From: Clostridiaceae bacterium
GTDB taxonomy: Bacteria > Bacillota > Clostridia > CAYPLH01 > DUMO01
DNA: 20,000 nucleotides
Direction: 5' to 3'
Assembly (NCBI GenBank): GCA_012839865.1
Contig: DUMO01000043.1
Location: forward strand, 53,255-73,254
How positions within the stretch are numbered: the first letter of the stretch is position 1; the number at the start of each line of letters is the position of its first letter. A program made the position numbers and the translations under genes. Below the pieces are notes generated by a model. The model had not been told where the DNA came from. It was given only the letters and a program-made list of their open reading frames with translations, and searched no databases. Below are positions 19,875 to 20,000 of this stretch, one piece after another.

Positions 19875-20000
19875 GTGAACTACATCGCCATTGAAATGGC
19901 GAGCTTCGAGCTCTCAACGAAACAATGACTGTTCCATCGGTACGCTTCCGGGGTGTCCAACCCCTCTACTGCTGGAATGGTTTTGTGGCCATTCCTACAC
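19875..20000 (-). mobile_element. Right end of an IS200/IS605 (tnpB-type) element extending beyond the window; probable omega/reRNA scaffold
   Basis: Minus strand ends GAAGC-TCGCCAT-TTCA-ATGGCGA-TGTAGTTCAC, the GAAGC-hairpin-GTAGTTCAC pattern of tnpB right ends. Further hairpins at 19901-19913, 19950-19964 and 19974-19995. The transposase or nuclease body is not in the window. Confidence 0.65.

Overview
Firmicutes (Clostridia-like) chromosomal window. Bases 120-14704 hold a minus-strand housekeeping run, in transcription order: prfA, sua5/tsaC, ywlE-like phosphatase, rpiB, upp, dCMP deaminase, tagO/wecA, wecB, then an F1Fo ATP synthase operon (atpI-B-E-F-A-G-D-C). The standout is that the operon has no free-standing atpH. 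The C-terminal domain of the delta subunit is instead fused in frame to the N-terminus of alpha (a 588-aa delta-alpha protein with its own strong RBS), and the delta N-terminal domain is absent from the window. Structured or repeated spacers sit at the alpha/gamma and beta/epsilon junctions. The right-hand 5 kb is accessory: a 5'-truncated SARP-type regulator, a DUF2089 + DUF4097 (YvlB/LiaX-like) pair sharing a SHOCT-like module, and a MATE-MarR operon with a clear operator and REP-like repeats in its leader. The window ends in what looks like the right end (omega/reRNA region) of an IS200/IS605 tnpB-type element. All family assignments come from motif recognition by eye; no database searches were run.
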